From Selaginella moellendorffii (Eukaryota; Plantae; Lycopodiophyta): a DNA stretch of 64,000 nt. The notes below the pieces were generated by a model. That model was not told the DNA's origin, searched no databases, and saw nothing but the letters and a program-made list of their open reading frames with translations. How positions within the stretch are numbered: the stretch's first letter is position 1; each line of letters opens with the position of its first letter. This document shows, in pieces, positions 1-13,400 of this stretch. A program made the translations under genes and the position numbers. The stretch lies in contig NW_003314295.1 of NCBI RefSeq assembly GCF_000143415.4, positions 1,356,646-1,420,645 on the forward strand, read 5' to 3'.

Positions 1-542
1 CATTAAACATGCACATTATATTATTCACATAATCAAATTTAAGTGATGTGGTAATTTAAATAGCAAAGTTACAATGTCTATACTCATAAATTTATATATT
101 AAATTATTTTATATATTTTGATAAATGGGATATAGATATTCTCATAAATTGACATTTTTGTTTTTTGAAGGTTAAAATAACTTTTATCTATATAAAATGA
201 AACTATATATATATATTAAAATAATAAAACAAGTAGAAACGATAAACTAAATTAGATATATCAATATATAATTCACTACACTACTCATTTTATAATGTTT
301 TGAATGCATCATAACATAACTTTTTAAATAAAATTTACTTTAATTAATTAATTAAAATATCTTATTAATTTGTAAAATGTACATGTTTGACATAATGAGA
401 TAATGTAAAATCTTATAATTTTCCATTCTTAAATACAATTGCTATATTTACATTTTATAATATATTTACTTTATTTCTTCTATTAGCATATTAGATTAAC
501 ATTCTTTGTCAAAAAGATATAAAAAGTAAAAATATATTGAAT

Positions 543-2705
543 TTACACTATAATTCTGGTAGACTTCAGCTTGCGTTTTCTCTTAATGCGAGGATTGGCA
601 TCCAAAGAGCACGACATGGCCTCCAGCAACGCCAAGTCCTCCTCACACGTCAAGATTTTCACAGCATCCGGCTTATCCAAAAGCATCTTGGCAACAAGAT
701 AGCCCGCAATGGACCAAGTCTGGTAGAGTCGAGCCTGCTTCCCTACGAACCTTGCTGCTCTTGTGTCATAATACTCTGGCCATCTGTCTCTGGAGATCCG
801 TTTCTCCGCAACTTCAATGGCACGCTCAGCCATCTCCGGGCGCCCCATCTTGATGCAAGCCACAGTAAGCTATAAGCAACATAGAAAAAACCATTAGCCA
901 GAATCTACTCGCGAAGAGCTTGATAGCTTGCCTGCCACAAGAGAGTCGGCCAGGAACCTCCGTTGTGATACGACCACGGTCTGTCTCCAAGTCCAAAATG
1001 TCAAGGTAAAACATGCCAAAAGAAAAGAACGAGCTTACGTGTTTTTGGGATCACTTCCGGTGATGATACGCCACTCCTCTCCCTGCAAAGCCGGATAGCA
1101 TATCTTCATAGGCATGTTGCCGACGAAGTCCACCCAGCGAGCTTCGATGAGATCGAGTATGCCTTCTGCCTGTTCTGGCGTGGCTAAAGAGCTCACAATC
1201 GCCCACAGGTTGCCAAGAGAGAAGAACCGAAAGTCCATATGAGCTGGTTGAAGATTTCCAACCAGGTACCCGCCTTTGTTGGGAATCCAGTCCACCAGCC
1301 ATGGCGAGAGGTGGTCCGGATAGATGTTAAACTTGTTGACTGCCTCGTGAGAATACTCCTCGGTTTTGTAGCGGTAAATCTCGTTGAGCTTTCCCATGTC
1401 CACCCAGTAATACTCTCTGATGTGAAAGGACAGGGCACTGAGTCGAGAAGTGAGGGTCCTGATGAGATCAAGCGCGCTGTCTTCCGAGATCAGCATTTCC
1501 CGAGCACACCTTAGTGCAGAGTAAAACAGAGCCTCAAAAGATAGAAAAACTAGTCAGGAAAGTGAAAGCTTTCAAGAAGGATGGCATACCTGTATTTCGA
1601 GGGGATGGCCATGAATTCCCATCCTTCTGTCGATCATGCACGAACCATCAGTCACGAGCAAAGTCGGAAACATGTCGAAGCCATCAGCAAGGCAAAGCTT
1701 CAGGATCATTTTCATGCCGGTTTGGACGTCGACCCTCTCTTGCAACGTGTAATCCCCGGTGCTTTTGCCATAAGCTCTCAAAAGAATAATCCACCACAAT
1801 CCTGTTTAGAGAACCAAATGGAAGTTAAACCACATGGTTGCACGCAAAGCTTTCTTCTGTTCTCACCGGAATCGACAGGAGCAACTCGGCCAATGGCAGC
1901 TTCACCAAAATCTGGATCCAAAACCTCCTCCGTGCCATTTGCTGGATCACCCTCGAGAGGAACAGTTCTCACTTTAAAGCTGGCGGGCATCAGTCCCTGG
2001 CCGGGATTGTAGCAATCCACGGTCTTCTCCCAGCTCTGATACAAACAGAAAAAATGGAGCTCCATAAGTTCATTTCTCAGAACAACATACCTGGAGCTGG
2101 AGCGTGTGTAGAAGAAAATTCCGGACAATGTCTGTCTCGCCCTTGAGCAGGAAAGCTATGGCGGACGGGATAAAGTCCCTGATAAAAACTTGGTCGTAGT
2201 TCAAAGGGTGGCCATCGGTGGGATCATTGGCAGCGATCGTCCCGACTGGAGTCCCACAGTAGTAAACCATGGCAGACCTGAGAAGCTCCCAAGCCTCGTG
2301 TTCCAAAGGGCTCTCTCGCTTAGAAAAGCTTTGCTTGTCTGCCAATGCCGCCTTGCGGATCTCTCCCACTGTGAGCGGCGCCACGGCCCCTCCATGGCGG
2401 ACATAGACGTGCCCGGGCCTCAAATTCTCGCCCACCGACACGACCAGCGTGAGATCGCTGCCCTCTTTCTTCCTCTTAGCCTCCCCGTCTGGAGCTGGCA
2501 ATGGATGATCTTCCTCGCTGCCGCTGCTGCTGCCACTGGCTGTGCTTGAGGCCCGGGCGATGCAATGCCGGAGCCGGACGACGCCATAGACCTTCTTGCG
2601 AAATTCGTACCTCACCCGCGATCTCTGCCCGATGGCGGACGATCCCTGCGTGGCGATGGCAGTGTGGCCGCAGCCGCAGCTGTGGCGCGGCTGGACAGCA
2701 TGCAT
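543..2705 (-). CDS. Alkaline/neutral invertase (GH100), organellar alpha-clade, multi-exon
   Basis: Exon ORFs carry [58 protein letters not shown] and WPEYYD...[14 protein letters not shown]. The N-terminus is basic and Ser-rich, like a transit peptide. Confidence 0.95.
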
Positions 2706-2996
2706 TGCGACCTAAAGTTTCTTGGTGCTCCCATTTTCGCCCTTTTTGACATGGCCAAACCTAGTCGCCCGACAGGGTGCCAAGTGTCCACCCTAATGTG
2801 GCTGCTTCATTCAGCACTTTTTCTGTGGTCCAGATTTCAATTGGGTTTTTTAACGGACAAGATTTATTTTAATAACCATGCACAATTAAATTCTTTTGCT
2901 TTAATAAAAGTTTACCATATGATTGTGAACAATATCAAGTGGTATAGTATACGTTTTAATGTTTAATCACTTCAAATATTAGTAGTTTGTTATAAT

Positions 2997-4276
2997 TTAC
3001 ATGTTTTTCTTCGGGTCCAAGAGCTTCTTTTCATCCCAAAACGGGCATTTGGAGGCAGCCGCATGGTCCGACGTCCACTTTCTGTTGCAAAGGTAGCAAA
3101 ACTCGTACTTACACCTGAAAACCCCAGAGAAAAAGGTCAAGGGAATGATCAAACAATGGCTTACCGGCAAACAACGTGGTTGCAGCCCCGCGTCAGCTCG
3201 ATCATGCTGCCGCACTGGCCGCACTGCTTCCACTTGTTCCTCGACGCCAGCTTGTAGAGCTTCACCCCGTCAAAGTCGCGCAGCACGGCCGGGACCTTCT
3301 CAAACTCGCGGCAGGACATGCCAAAGTGCCATGGCACCTTGCACTTGAGGCAGAAGCCATTGCCGCACGCGAGGCATTTGACCATGAACGACGCACGAGC
3401 GTTGGATTGAGTCGTCGAAGTCGCCGAGGATGAAGGAAGGGAATCTGATGACGAAGGAATAGGAGCAGACGAGGTCCAAGCTGGAAGAGACGAAGAAGGC
3501 GAAGAGGGCGAAGAAGCTCTCCAAGAACTCTGGGAGCCTCTCCGAGGACTCTTGTTAGAGCTCTTGGAACAACTTTTTGGAGAACTCGAAGAACTTGAAG
3601 AGGATGGCACGGCGTCGAGCAGGCGCTTGTCCATGACTTCGGAGCACTCCTTGTAGGGGCAGTAGATCTTGAACTCCGCGGGAATGCTCTGCTCCACCCT
3701 GTTCTTCTCCAGCAGCTGGATGCTCTCCTTGGACAGCAGCTCGGTGCAAACTTCATAGTCCAGAACCGCGAGACAATGCTCTGACGGGCATCGCACCTCC
3801 ACAGCTCCTTCTTTCACCCTCACCTCCGCGTTGTGCCTCATGCACTGGATGCAGAACCTGTGCTCGCAGGGTTGCACGGTCATCATCTCCTGCAGCGAAA
3901 GCCTGTCTTCGGTGCAAATTCGACAAGTTTCTCTGCGCATCCTTTGTTCTTCTTCTTGTTGTCGCTCCAGGACTTTGGCCAGCAGCACCGCATCGATCAG
4001 CTCCTCTCGGTTTTGGATCTCCCAGGCAGCAAACACTTCTTCGGCTCGGGAGGCTTCCATTACTTCAGCCAACTGCAGATCGAATGCGAGGTCGTAATCC
4101 TGAGTCAGATGACTATCCTCGTGATTGAAATCGGAATCCTGAGTCGGATGACTGTACTCATGATCGAAATCGTAATCCTGTGTCGGATGACTATACTCAT
4201 GATTTGGCAGGGGGACTCCCGATTGGTATGACGAGCTGCCGCTACTCCCTGCGGAAACACTCTGCGAGCTACCCAT
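2997..4276 (-). CDS. RBR-type (RING1-IBR-RING2) E3 ubiquitin ligase, 2 exons
   Basis: CRICTED...CEHRFCIQC (RING1); YCPYKECS...CLACGNGFCLKCKVPWH (IBR); CGQCGSMIELTRGCNHVVCR|CKYEFCYLC (RING2). First ATG at 4276 gives MGSSQS. Confidence 0.92.
4085..4201 (-). repeat. Three tandem 39-bp coding repeats (HEYSHPTQDYDFD-like)
   Basis: HEYSHPTQDYDFD / HEYSHPTQDSDFN / HEDSHLTQDYDLA in the RBR N-terminus. Confidence 0.9.
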
Positions 4277-4511
4277 TCCCAACTATCCTACCATCGATCC
4301 AGCGTGTGCGCGCGAATTTGAAGCCCGAAAATCCAATGCCGTGTTGTGGACCTGTCCGCGAAGAAGCTTTTTAAATTTTACTGTTGTCTTCTCGCCTACA
4401 AGCTCCCAAGTTTGTACGTAGCTGGTTTGAAAAAACTCGTGGTAGGCCATGAAAAGCTTTTGATTTTCAAATTTTTTAGTTTATTCGAGGACCTGAAGCT
4501 AACAAGGAGAA

Positions 4512-4550
4512 GATCAGTCATTCTCACGCGAACGATCAGTCATTCTCACG
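4512..4550. repeat. Short direct repeat gatcagtcattctcacg x2
   Basis: Identical 17-mers at 4512 and 4534. Confidence 0.85.
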
Positions 4551-4616
4551 AGCGTAGCTTCAAGGAAGAACTTGGTTTTGATCGAGCAATAGTTTACTTT
4601 TATCGATGGAAAGGTC

Positions 4617-6992
4617 TTAATCCTTGAGTGACGGTGGAATCCAAATGTAGCCATGAGTTCTCACGTAGCCTTGCTCTTCCGCGAGCTTGTCGGCCTCGGG
4701 CGGTCCCCTGCTTCCCTGCTTGTACGGAATTACCGGGATTTTTCCAGCTTCTATTCTCTCCAGCAATGGCGTGAATACCTCCCACGAAAGCTGTCCGTTT
4801 GAACGAGTTAGGAAGTAATTCTGTACGGGGATAGTTACGCTTACCTGTAGTTCGTCCCTCCGAACAAAGTGTTGCTGATCTCCGCGGATCCTGGAGGTTA
4901 TAAATAAATACATGAGCGGAAAAGCGAAGACTCTGAAAGTTCTTCTTACGTGTCCAAAATCAAGCGCTCATAGGCTTCGGGAATAACCACGTCCTGGTAG
5001 CGTTGGCGGTAAGAGAGGTCTAGCTCACTTTGCGTTGCGGACATCTCCAGACCTGGCTGCTTCACCTGTGATCGAAATTTTGGCAGATTAAGCTAAAGGT
5101 GGAGGAGCTAAAAAGGTTGAAACTTACCGTCAGCTTCATATACATGGCTTCTGAAGGTTGCAATCGCATGACAAACTCGTTTCGTCCCTGTTTTTTGCCT
5201 GTATATTTAAACGAAGTATCGTCTTTGAGTGAATAAAAACAGTGTCAGGGATCAGAGCTTACATTTGAAAATATCCCCCGGGACGTCTTTGAATTGGACA
5301 CGAATCTCTGCCTTACGAGTATCCAAGGCTTTTCCAGCTTTTAGGATGAAAGGAACACCTTTTCACAAGAAAAGAGTTAGTACCGACAGAAGATTGCGAG
5401 TAAACTGCCATACCATCCCAACGCTCATTGTGGATTCGCAGCACCACCGAGGCGAATGTGGGTGTCAATGACTCATCGGAAACCGTGGGATCGTCTCTAT
5501 AGCCTTCGTATTGTCCAATAACAACCTCGCTGTCTTGTATTGGTTGAATGGCTTGCAGAACCTGTGAGCTTTGAGATTTATTCTGTGCGGAAATGTGATA
5601 CAGTACCTTCACTTTCTCGTCGCGAACATGTTCAGGGCTCAAGGATAATGGTTTTTCCATTGCAACCAGACAAAGAACCTGCCAAAGCATGTGCATTTAA
5701 GTGCCCGAAAGGGATACGCATGTATACCTGCATAAGATGATTTTGAATGATATCCCGAATGATGCTACGAAGAAAATGAGAAGTTAACTCCATTTGGAGC
5801 GAAAAACTCTCCAGCTTTTACTTACCCATATTCGTCAAAGTAGCCACCGCGACCATCAGTTCCAAAATTCTCCTTGAACACAATCTGCATGTATGCTATT
5901 TAGAACACTAGCGATGATTTGTCATTGTCACCCATACCTGGACGTTTGCAACATTATCACGATTCCAAAGTGGAACAAAAAAGCGATTTGCAAACCGCAT
6001 CACAAGCTGGAGAACACGAGCTTATCAATGCGAATGACAACGACTGCAACCCTACCAAATTTTGGACGATCTCCTTTCCCAGATAATGGTCAATCCGGTA
6101 CAGCTGCTCCTCCGAGAACAAACTCCCAAGCTGATCACTCAACTCTTCAGAGCTCTTTAGATCCTTGCCAAAAGGCTTCTCGATGACAATTCTAGTCCAG
6201 CCCCCTGAAATCAGATCATATATAAAGCCGAAAATCATGTGATCACGTACTTTTGTTCATGCAGTTTTTGTGTATCATGCCCGCCACGAGGGGATAGACC
6301 GATGGAGGCAGCGCAAGATAGAAAAGTCGGCGAGGCGGCTCATCCTTCCCGGCTTCATAATCGGAAATAATCTTGTCAAGTTTTCTGAAGCTGTCGTCGT
6401 CGTCGTAAGCGCCAGAGATATACGTGCTCTAAAGTGATTGAATGATCGAAGTGTCACAATACATAAACGAGAAAAGGAGAAACATACCAGCTCGAGAAAC
6501 TTGGTTACAAGATCAGCAGGATACTTTCCAGAGTCCGCCAAATGTCTACACAAGCGCGAAGAAAGCTTTATGAAGAACAATACGAAAGCTAAGAAAGAAC
6601 AATAATATCCTTACCCTCCAATTCGGCGATGGAAGTCTTCTTCGATGAGCTTCGATCTGGCATAGCCAAACAGTTTAACTTGGTGCGATGGTAAAAACCC
6701 CTGCGGCATTGTCAATGAATCGAAAATCCCCTCATATTTGCTTCGAATCCTCACATACCTGGCAATAGAGATGGAAGAGCGCTGGGAACGTCTTCTTCTT
6801 CGCGAGATCCCCAGAAGCCCCCAAAATTATGATGGACAGGCAGCTCTCCGCCACAATCTTCTTCGATGCGCTCTTGGCGTGCTCCCCGGACCCCGCCGAT
6901 TGCTCCTGGACTTGGATCGCTCCATCGCCGGCCGCTCCATCGGCCTTGGGATCGAGCAATTCCGGGATCGGCGCCGTCAAGGTAGGGCTCAT
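4617..6992 (-). CDS. G6PD: Glucose-6-phosphate dehydrogenase, cytosolic type, multi-exon
   Basis: [47 protein letters not shown] and C-terminal GYIWIPP; no transit peptide. Confidence 0.95.
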
Positions 6993-7470
6993 GCTTGCCG
7001 CCTCGCGCTACGAGAAAGAGAGGAGAATCAAATGTAGAGCGCCAAGGGTTGAGACCGCGAGGAATTCAGCGCTGACAACGCCGTGATGCGATGTCTTACC
7101 GGATGAATCGAAGAGGGAATTGTGGCGCAACGAGGAGATCGCTGGCTTTGACACGCGCAAACTTTGCCCCTCCTGAATGCACACAATATTTGCCTAGACC
7201 GAAAATGCCTGGGTTTTAAACGGGATAACCAGAAATGTTATTTTACCGCGGGTTAAAGCACCTACCATTCTTGTACACGAAGAACAAGATAAATCTCTCG
7301 TCTCTTTCATTACTACCGAGTCTTTTTCTCTTTCTCTTCTTTCGGTGTTGTTTGATCGATCAAAATTTCTGGGCCCAGCGAGAAGCAGCAGCGTGATCAC
7401 GATCTTCACGAATTTGAGCTGACGATACCAGAAAGACTCCTGAAATAATCATAATAAAAAATCACCTCTC

Positions 7471-10400
7471 TCACTCGCTCACACCTTTGTTCTTGGCCGC
7501 CGCCGCTGGCTTGCGATGATAGCTCGCCTCCTCGGATGCCGGGGCTTGAGCTAGCCTGGAGCTGGAAACGGTGGAGTCCGGCCGCCAGTACTGAGCAAAT
7601 GGATAATTCGCTCCTCCTGCTGCTGCTGCTGCTGCGGTTGATCCTGCTGCTGCTGCTGCCACCGCTGTGGATTTGGCACTGCTCGACGGCCTCGCGAGCT
7701 GGATACTCGATGAGCTTGACGGCTTCGTTGCTACGTGATGAACTCTGGAAGCTCCAGTGGTTGTAAACACTGCCGTCGGTGGTGGTTTCTTCAGGTTGGC
7801 TGGCTTTATCTGGCTGGGAGACACACTCGTCTTCATCTCCACTGGTCTTATCTCGATCATCCCGTTCGGCTTGGAGACTGGCTGCAGCCGGGGCTGCTTG
7901 CCCGGCCTCTGGAGCTTGGCGACATCGGTCGGAGGTTGCTGGCGTTTCACTGGAGGGTTGTTTTGGCTCGGCGTTGGCTTGGGAACTACAGAGATCGCTG
8001 CTGCTGCCCAAATTGAAGGTGTCATCTGTGATGCTAGCCTGTGCATGAGTAAAGTTAGAATTTTAGAGCTCACAATTCTTGTGTAGGTACCTGAAGCGGG
8101 TTTCACAGACGAGCGACCGGATACTCGAGCTGGACGGTGGTTCGGCGGTCTTTGGTTCCCCTGGTCTGAGCGTTACGTTCACAGGCCGGAAGTCCTCCAT
8201 CTCTTCTGGGTCGGAAAAACTGAGAGACAATTCCAGCGGAGGTTGGCTCTCGACGTCTCCATTGTCGTTGTTGTCGCTGGCAGTATTGTTCTTCACGGCC
8301 TTGCAAGCAGAATTCTCAGGCATCTTTCCATTGTCACTGGCAGTCGTCTGAGATAGAGCCTCCGCTACCAGCGCGTGCCCCTGCTTGTGAGAAGCCTGCC
8401 GCAACGGTGGCTTCAAGCAACCTTGACAGAGATTTGCCAGGGAGACGAACGGAAGGTTTCGGGGATGTCCAACGTTACTCACGAAACCGTTCCTCGACTT
8501 TGCGGACCCCTTGTAAGAGTCTTTCACACTCTGGACTGTAGCGAAGTGTCTCTGTAGCAACACCTCCTTGTCAGGAACTCGCTGTACTAGCTCTAACAAG
8601 CGCTTTGTGTCTTCCTGCATCAACCAAAGCAAAACAAGACCAATTTTTCAGCTGCAGAATGAAACGAAAGCGTAACACATACCTCTGTCACCTTGATAAC
8701 AGCCCCAGATAGTAATCTCTCGCTGCTCACCCCCCCGCAAATGGTACCAGCGTTCTCGACTACGAGCTGCCTAAATCTATCTTTACACTTAACAGGGTGC
8801 CTGTGCCGACCTCTATACACTCCGCCGTCTGGCATTCCTTCTAAGGCATCGCTAGCCAGAAGCCAATTTCCACCATACTCGTGCACTACAGCGCACAGGA
8901 CCTCGTCCTCCTCGGGCATCCAGTCTGTGTGATGATCCTTGGCCTTGAGTGCTTCCTTTCTTCGGTCTCTTTCCAGCAAGATGACTGGGCTCTTCCTTGC
9001 GGTCGTGCAAATAGTTAGCTTGCCACCAAACCTAGGCCTGAAGTACTCTGTCCTGCTATCCTCCTTCCTAAACCTTTTGTTCTCGCCGCCCTCCTCTTCA
9101 AAAAACCTCGAAAACTTGCGCTTTCGTTGAAAAGGCGTGCGTAGAGAGTTATCCCACTGCATGTCGTACTCTCCCTCGTCGGACGCAATGGAGAGTACCT
9201 CATCAGCTTCGTCGGCATCAATGTGATCATCTGCTCCCGCGTCTTCCTCGGAACAAAAATTGTACTCCTCTACACTGCTTCTTTCTAGAGATTTCAGTTT
9301 CTTCTTCTTTGGTCTCTTCTGCTGCTTCTCGCCCTCAATCAGCCTGAAAGAAAAGTAAAGACTAGATTCAGATATCAAAGAATGTAGAATTACCTGTCAG
9401 CCTCTTGGAGCTCCTCGTCGTGCATCGCGTCCCATTGTGCTTGTAAGAGTTCCTGTATACCTTGTTAAATAAACATACGGAAATGAAAAAATAAAAACGA
9501 AACCTGTTGCTGCGTCAAGACTTCTACTTGCTGCCTATAAGCTGCATCGGCATTAGAAGTATCCCAACCTGCCAGAACAAAGTTAACACGGCTTATAACT
9601 TTGGACGATGCAAATACGTACTCTCGTAAAGAAGTGGTTCATCATCCTCGTCAATATCCGCCTCCTGTTCTTCCTTGAGTTTCTCTATTTGTTCCAATTC
9701 CCACTCCTTTTCCTCGTAGGTTACTTGTGTTTCCAAAGCGCTGGTATCGATGATTGGATTCCAGAGGTCCAAAAACTGAATCGCGTATCTCTCGATTGGC
9801 TTGAGTTGGTCTTCAAAGTTATTGCCCTGACCTGATGCTGCTGCTGCGGCCGCAAGCTGCTTCACATCAGCAAGCATGTCCATCTCCTCCTCGGCATCCA
9901 GAAGGAGCGGTTGAGGTTCCTTAAGCTCTGGTAACGACGGCGTTCCAGCAGTCTCAAATTCCGGTGACGGAACTTTGGTCTCGGAAACCTTTCCATCCTC
10001 CAAGTCGTCGGCACATTCGTCCTCCTCCACGCTTACATCTTCAGCAAACTCCTGATTCTCCGCGGCCTCTTCCAGCTCCACCTTTTTCATAGCCATGTAG
10101 TCGGCCTCGTCTTCGGCACTTTTGAGTGCCGCATCTACGTCGGCATTAGAAAGCGGCTGGTCGGCACGCTTTGTAGTGTTCACACCGGACAGGAGTTCCA
10201 TGGGATCAAGCTTCTTGAAAAACTCAGTGTTGTAGCCACCACTCTGGATGACCAAATTGTCGAGGAAACGCTTCTGATTGGCCTTTTTCAAAATGTTCTC
10301 CTCGATGGTACTCTCGCTAACCAGCCTGTATATGTGAACTTCACGCGTCTGGCCGATGCGATGACACCTATCCTGAGCCTGTTGATCCATCGCAGGATTC

Positions 10401-13400
10401 CAATCACTGTCATAAAATATGACTGTATCGGCGCCAACCAAGTTGATCCCAACGCCTCCGCTTCTCGTCGACAGGATGAACAAGAAGATCTTCGGGTTCG
10501 TGTTGAATCGTTGCATGAGAATTTGCCGCTGTTCAGGTTTGGTAGAGCCGTCGAGCCTCATGTAGTTGTAGCCGTAGAGGTTGATAAAACTCTCCAAGAT
10601 GTCGAGCATCTTTGTCATTTGCGTGAAGATCAGCGCCCTGTGACCTTCCGATTTCAGCCGCCGCAGTAGAACTGAAAGCTGCTGGAGCTTCCCACAATCG
10701 AACTGGAGGAGCCTCCTATCCGGGAAAAACAGTTGCTGCCGCACAATGACCGGACGTAGCGGTGCCACCAAGTCACTCATCACCGCAAGTTGATTGCTCG
10801 GGAAGTCATGTCTCAAGATTGAGGAGGCAGACTGTCTGCTGCACCAAATAAGCGGCGGAGGAGCCCGAGCTGCTGGTATGACGAATACAAAAGCCTGTAG
10901 CAGATCCAGGAGACTTTCGCACCATGAAGATGGAAGCTTCACCACCTCGGCTATCGCTGAAGGGAACGTCAAGTAACGAGAAGGATCTGACTGTATGGAA
11001 TGAATACCATAAACAGGGTGCTCCACCTCGACGTGCTTCGCCAGCCCACGACCATATACCACATGCCTGCTGCATCGCAGCATATTGAGCCACCCAAATT
11101 GTCGAGCCTTTTCTCTTCTCCTCTTCAGTCTCTGCGCTGCCAAAGCCGCTTGAATCTCTTCGAAAATGTTCTGCGGTTCAGTCACCTGTTCCTGTTCGTT
11201 CCAGCTATCTTCACCACTGGTGGCAATCTCTTCAATGAGAGGCGTTGGCGTAGCAAGTTCAGCGAGCTCCGATGGTTCCCAGGCCTCCATGTCTTCCGAC
11301 AGGAGATAGTTCAACACTTCGAGGTTCACTGTCGAAAAAGGCTTCTGTTGGACGGCCGTGCACAGCTCCGAGCACATCTGAAGCTGGAGGCCCGGCATGT
11401 CGAACGAAGACACGATTGGTCTGCTCTCAAACAAGTCGGGATGATTGCAGACCTTGCGCAACTGCATCAGGACGTTGATGAGTCCTAAGAAGTTGCCGCC
11501 CGACAGAGTTGCTTGTGTATCAGAACTGGCCATGAAGTCCTCGTAGAGATTGCGTTGCCGCTTCGAGAGCCTGCATGGCACTACATGCTCGTGCTTCCCC
11601 GGGAGCTGCTTCTCAACGTCGCGCTTCAAGCGCCTCAGGATGAAAGGTCTCAGCACATTATGCAGCCGATCCACCACGTCCTGGTTTACTTTGTCCTGGC
11701 CTTCCACCATCCCGCTGATAGGATTGCTGAACCAGTCTCGAAACTCTTGATGCGACTGGAAAACGTGTGGCATCAGGAAGTGCATCAAGGACCACAGCTC
11801 CATCAAATCGTTCTGGAGAGGAGTTCCCGTCAGAAGGATCCTTCTCTTGGAGTTGAAGTTCAACAGCATCTGCCAGCGTTGAGATTTCCAGTTTTTTATA
11901 AGGTGCGCTTCGTCGAGAATGAGATACTTCCACTTCTTCCGTTTGAAGGCCTTCGCGTCCTGGATAACCAGCCTGTATGTCGTGATGCAGACATGGAAGG
12001 AGTTCGCCTTCGACCACCCTTGCCGCTTTATCTTGCGCTCTTTTGCGTTGCCGAAGTACGTTAGGACCTTGAAAGCGGGACACCACTTCATGAACTCTGT
12101 TTCCCAGTTGAGCATCACGCTTGTCGGCACCACTATCAAATGAGGTCCCCAAATGCCTTTCTCACAAGCCAAGTGAGCTAACAAGGCAATTGTCATGATC
12201 GTCTTGCCAAGGCCCATCTCGTCTGCCAGAATTCCGTTCAGCCGCTTCTCGTACATGGTGACCAGCCAGTCCAGTCCTATGTGCTGATACTCCCGCAAAG
12301 AATGCTTCAGCAAGAAGGGAATCTTGGTCCTCACTCTTGTCGTAGAAAATGTGTATCCTGTTGGCTGTGCAGACAGGGCAGCAGCAGCAGCGTCGTCAAG
12401 CTCCTTCCTACCGGTCTTCCCAGATCCCTCCACTCTACTACTATCATCTAAACCAGCTCTTTTTCTCATGCGTTCCCCTCTTTGTTGAGCAGCTCGGGCT
12501 ACATTAGCCAGCACTTCCGCCTCCTGCTCCGTGCCATAAAAAATCTTGCTTTCTCCTGTAGCTTTTGATCTACCCGTACTCTTGATGATCAATAACGAAC
12601 TTCGACCGCTAGTACTAGGTTCGCCCATTCTCTCTTTAGCCTCATCGGAGCTATCAGAAGGCGCGTCACTAGCACCGCCCTTCTCGTCTCCTGAGCTCTC
12701 GGCACCCTCCTGCATCAAGGTATATAAGCTACTGTGTGCACTCTAAAGTAGAACTTACCGCACGGTATCGAGACAAAAGCTCTGAAACGGGCAACTCATT
12801 TTCCATCTTCAGTTGCTCAAGCTTCAATACCATGCAACATTCCATTAGTCAGAGCGAAAAAACACTTGAAAAAGTACCGTACCTCAAGGTTAACGTCTTT
12901 GTTCTCTGCCATCGCTAGTTTTTCCTCTTCGTCGAAAGTCCTTTCGTCGTCCTACAATCAGAAAGTGATTTAAGGAAGAATAATCTTCCAAAATTTACCT
13001 CCTCTGACGCATATGCGGTATGAGGATCGTATTCCTCGTCATCCTGCATAAGAAATTCCAACTTCAATAAGAATGCGTTCCCTCAAGCCTCTACAGGCTG
13101 CCTAAATGATGGGTATCTTACCAATTCTTTATCTGGGTCGGCGTCGGAGGTACTTCTCTCTTCCTCGCTATTGTCACCTTTGAAAGACAACCGTTGGTGA
13201 AAAACAAGAAAACAGTAACATAGCTGATGACGAAACCTTTTGCATATAGACCAACAAGCTCCTCTATTGGCAGCTCGCTCTCCCTCTGAAGCGCATTCAG
13301 TTCTTCCTTGCGCTCGTCTTCGGTGATCAGCGCTTCGTCGGCTTCGAGAGTGGCCTCGTCATCCTGCTACACCGTTTGTGTTAGAAAAATTATAATCGTC

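Noticed and set aside
1-540. AT-rich leading segment
   Set aside because: No repeats, termini or ORFs that I can support; ordinary intergenic or TE-edge DNA.
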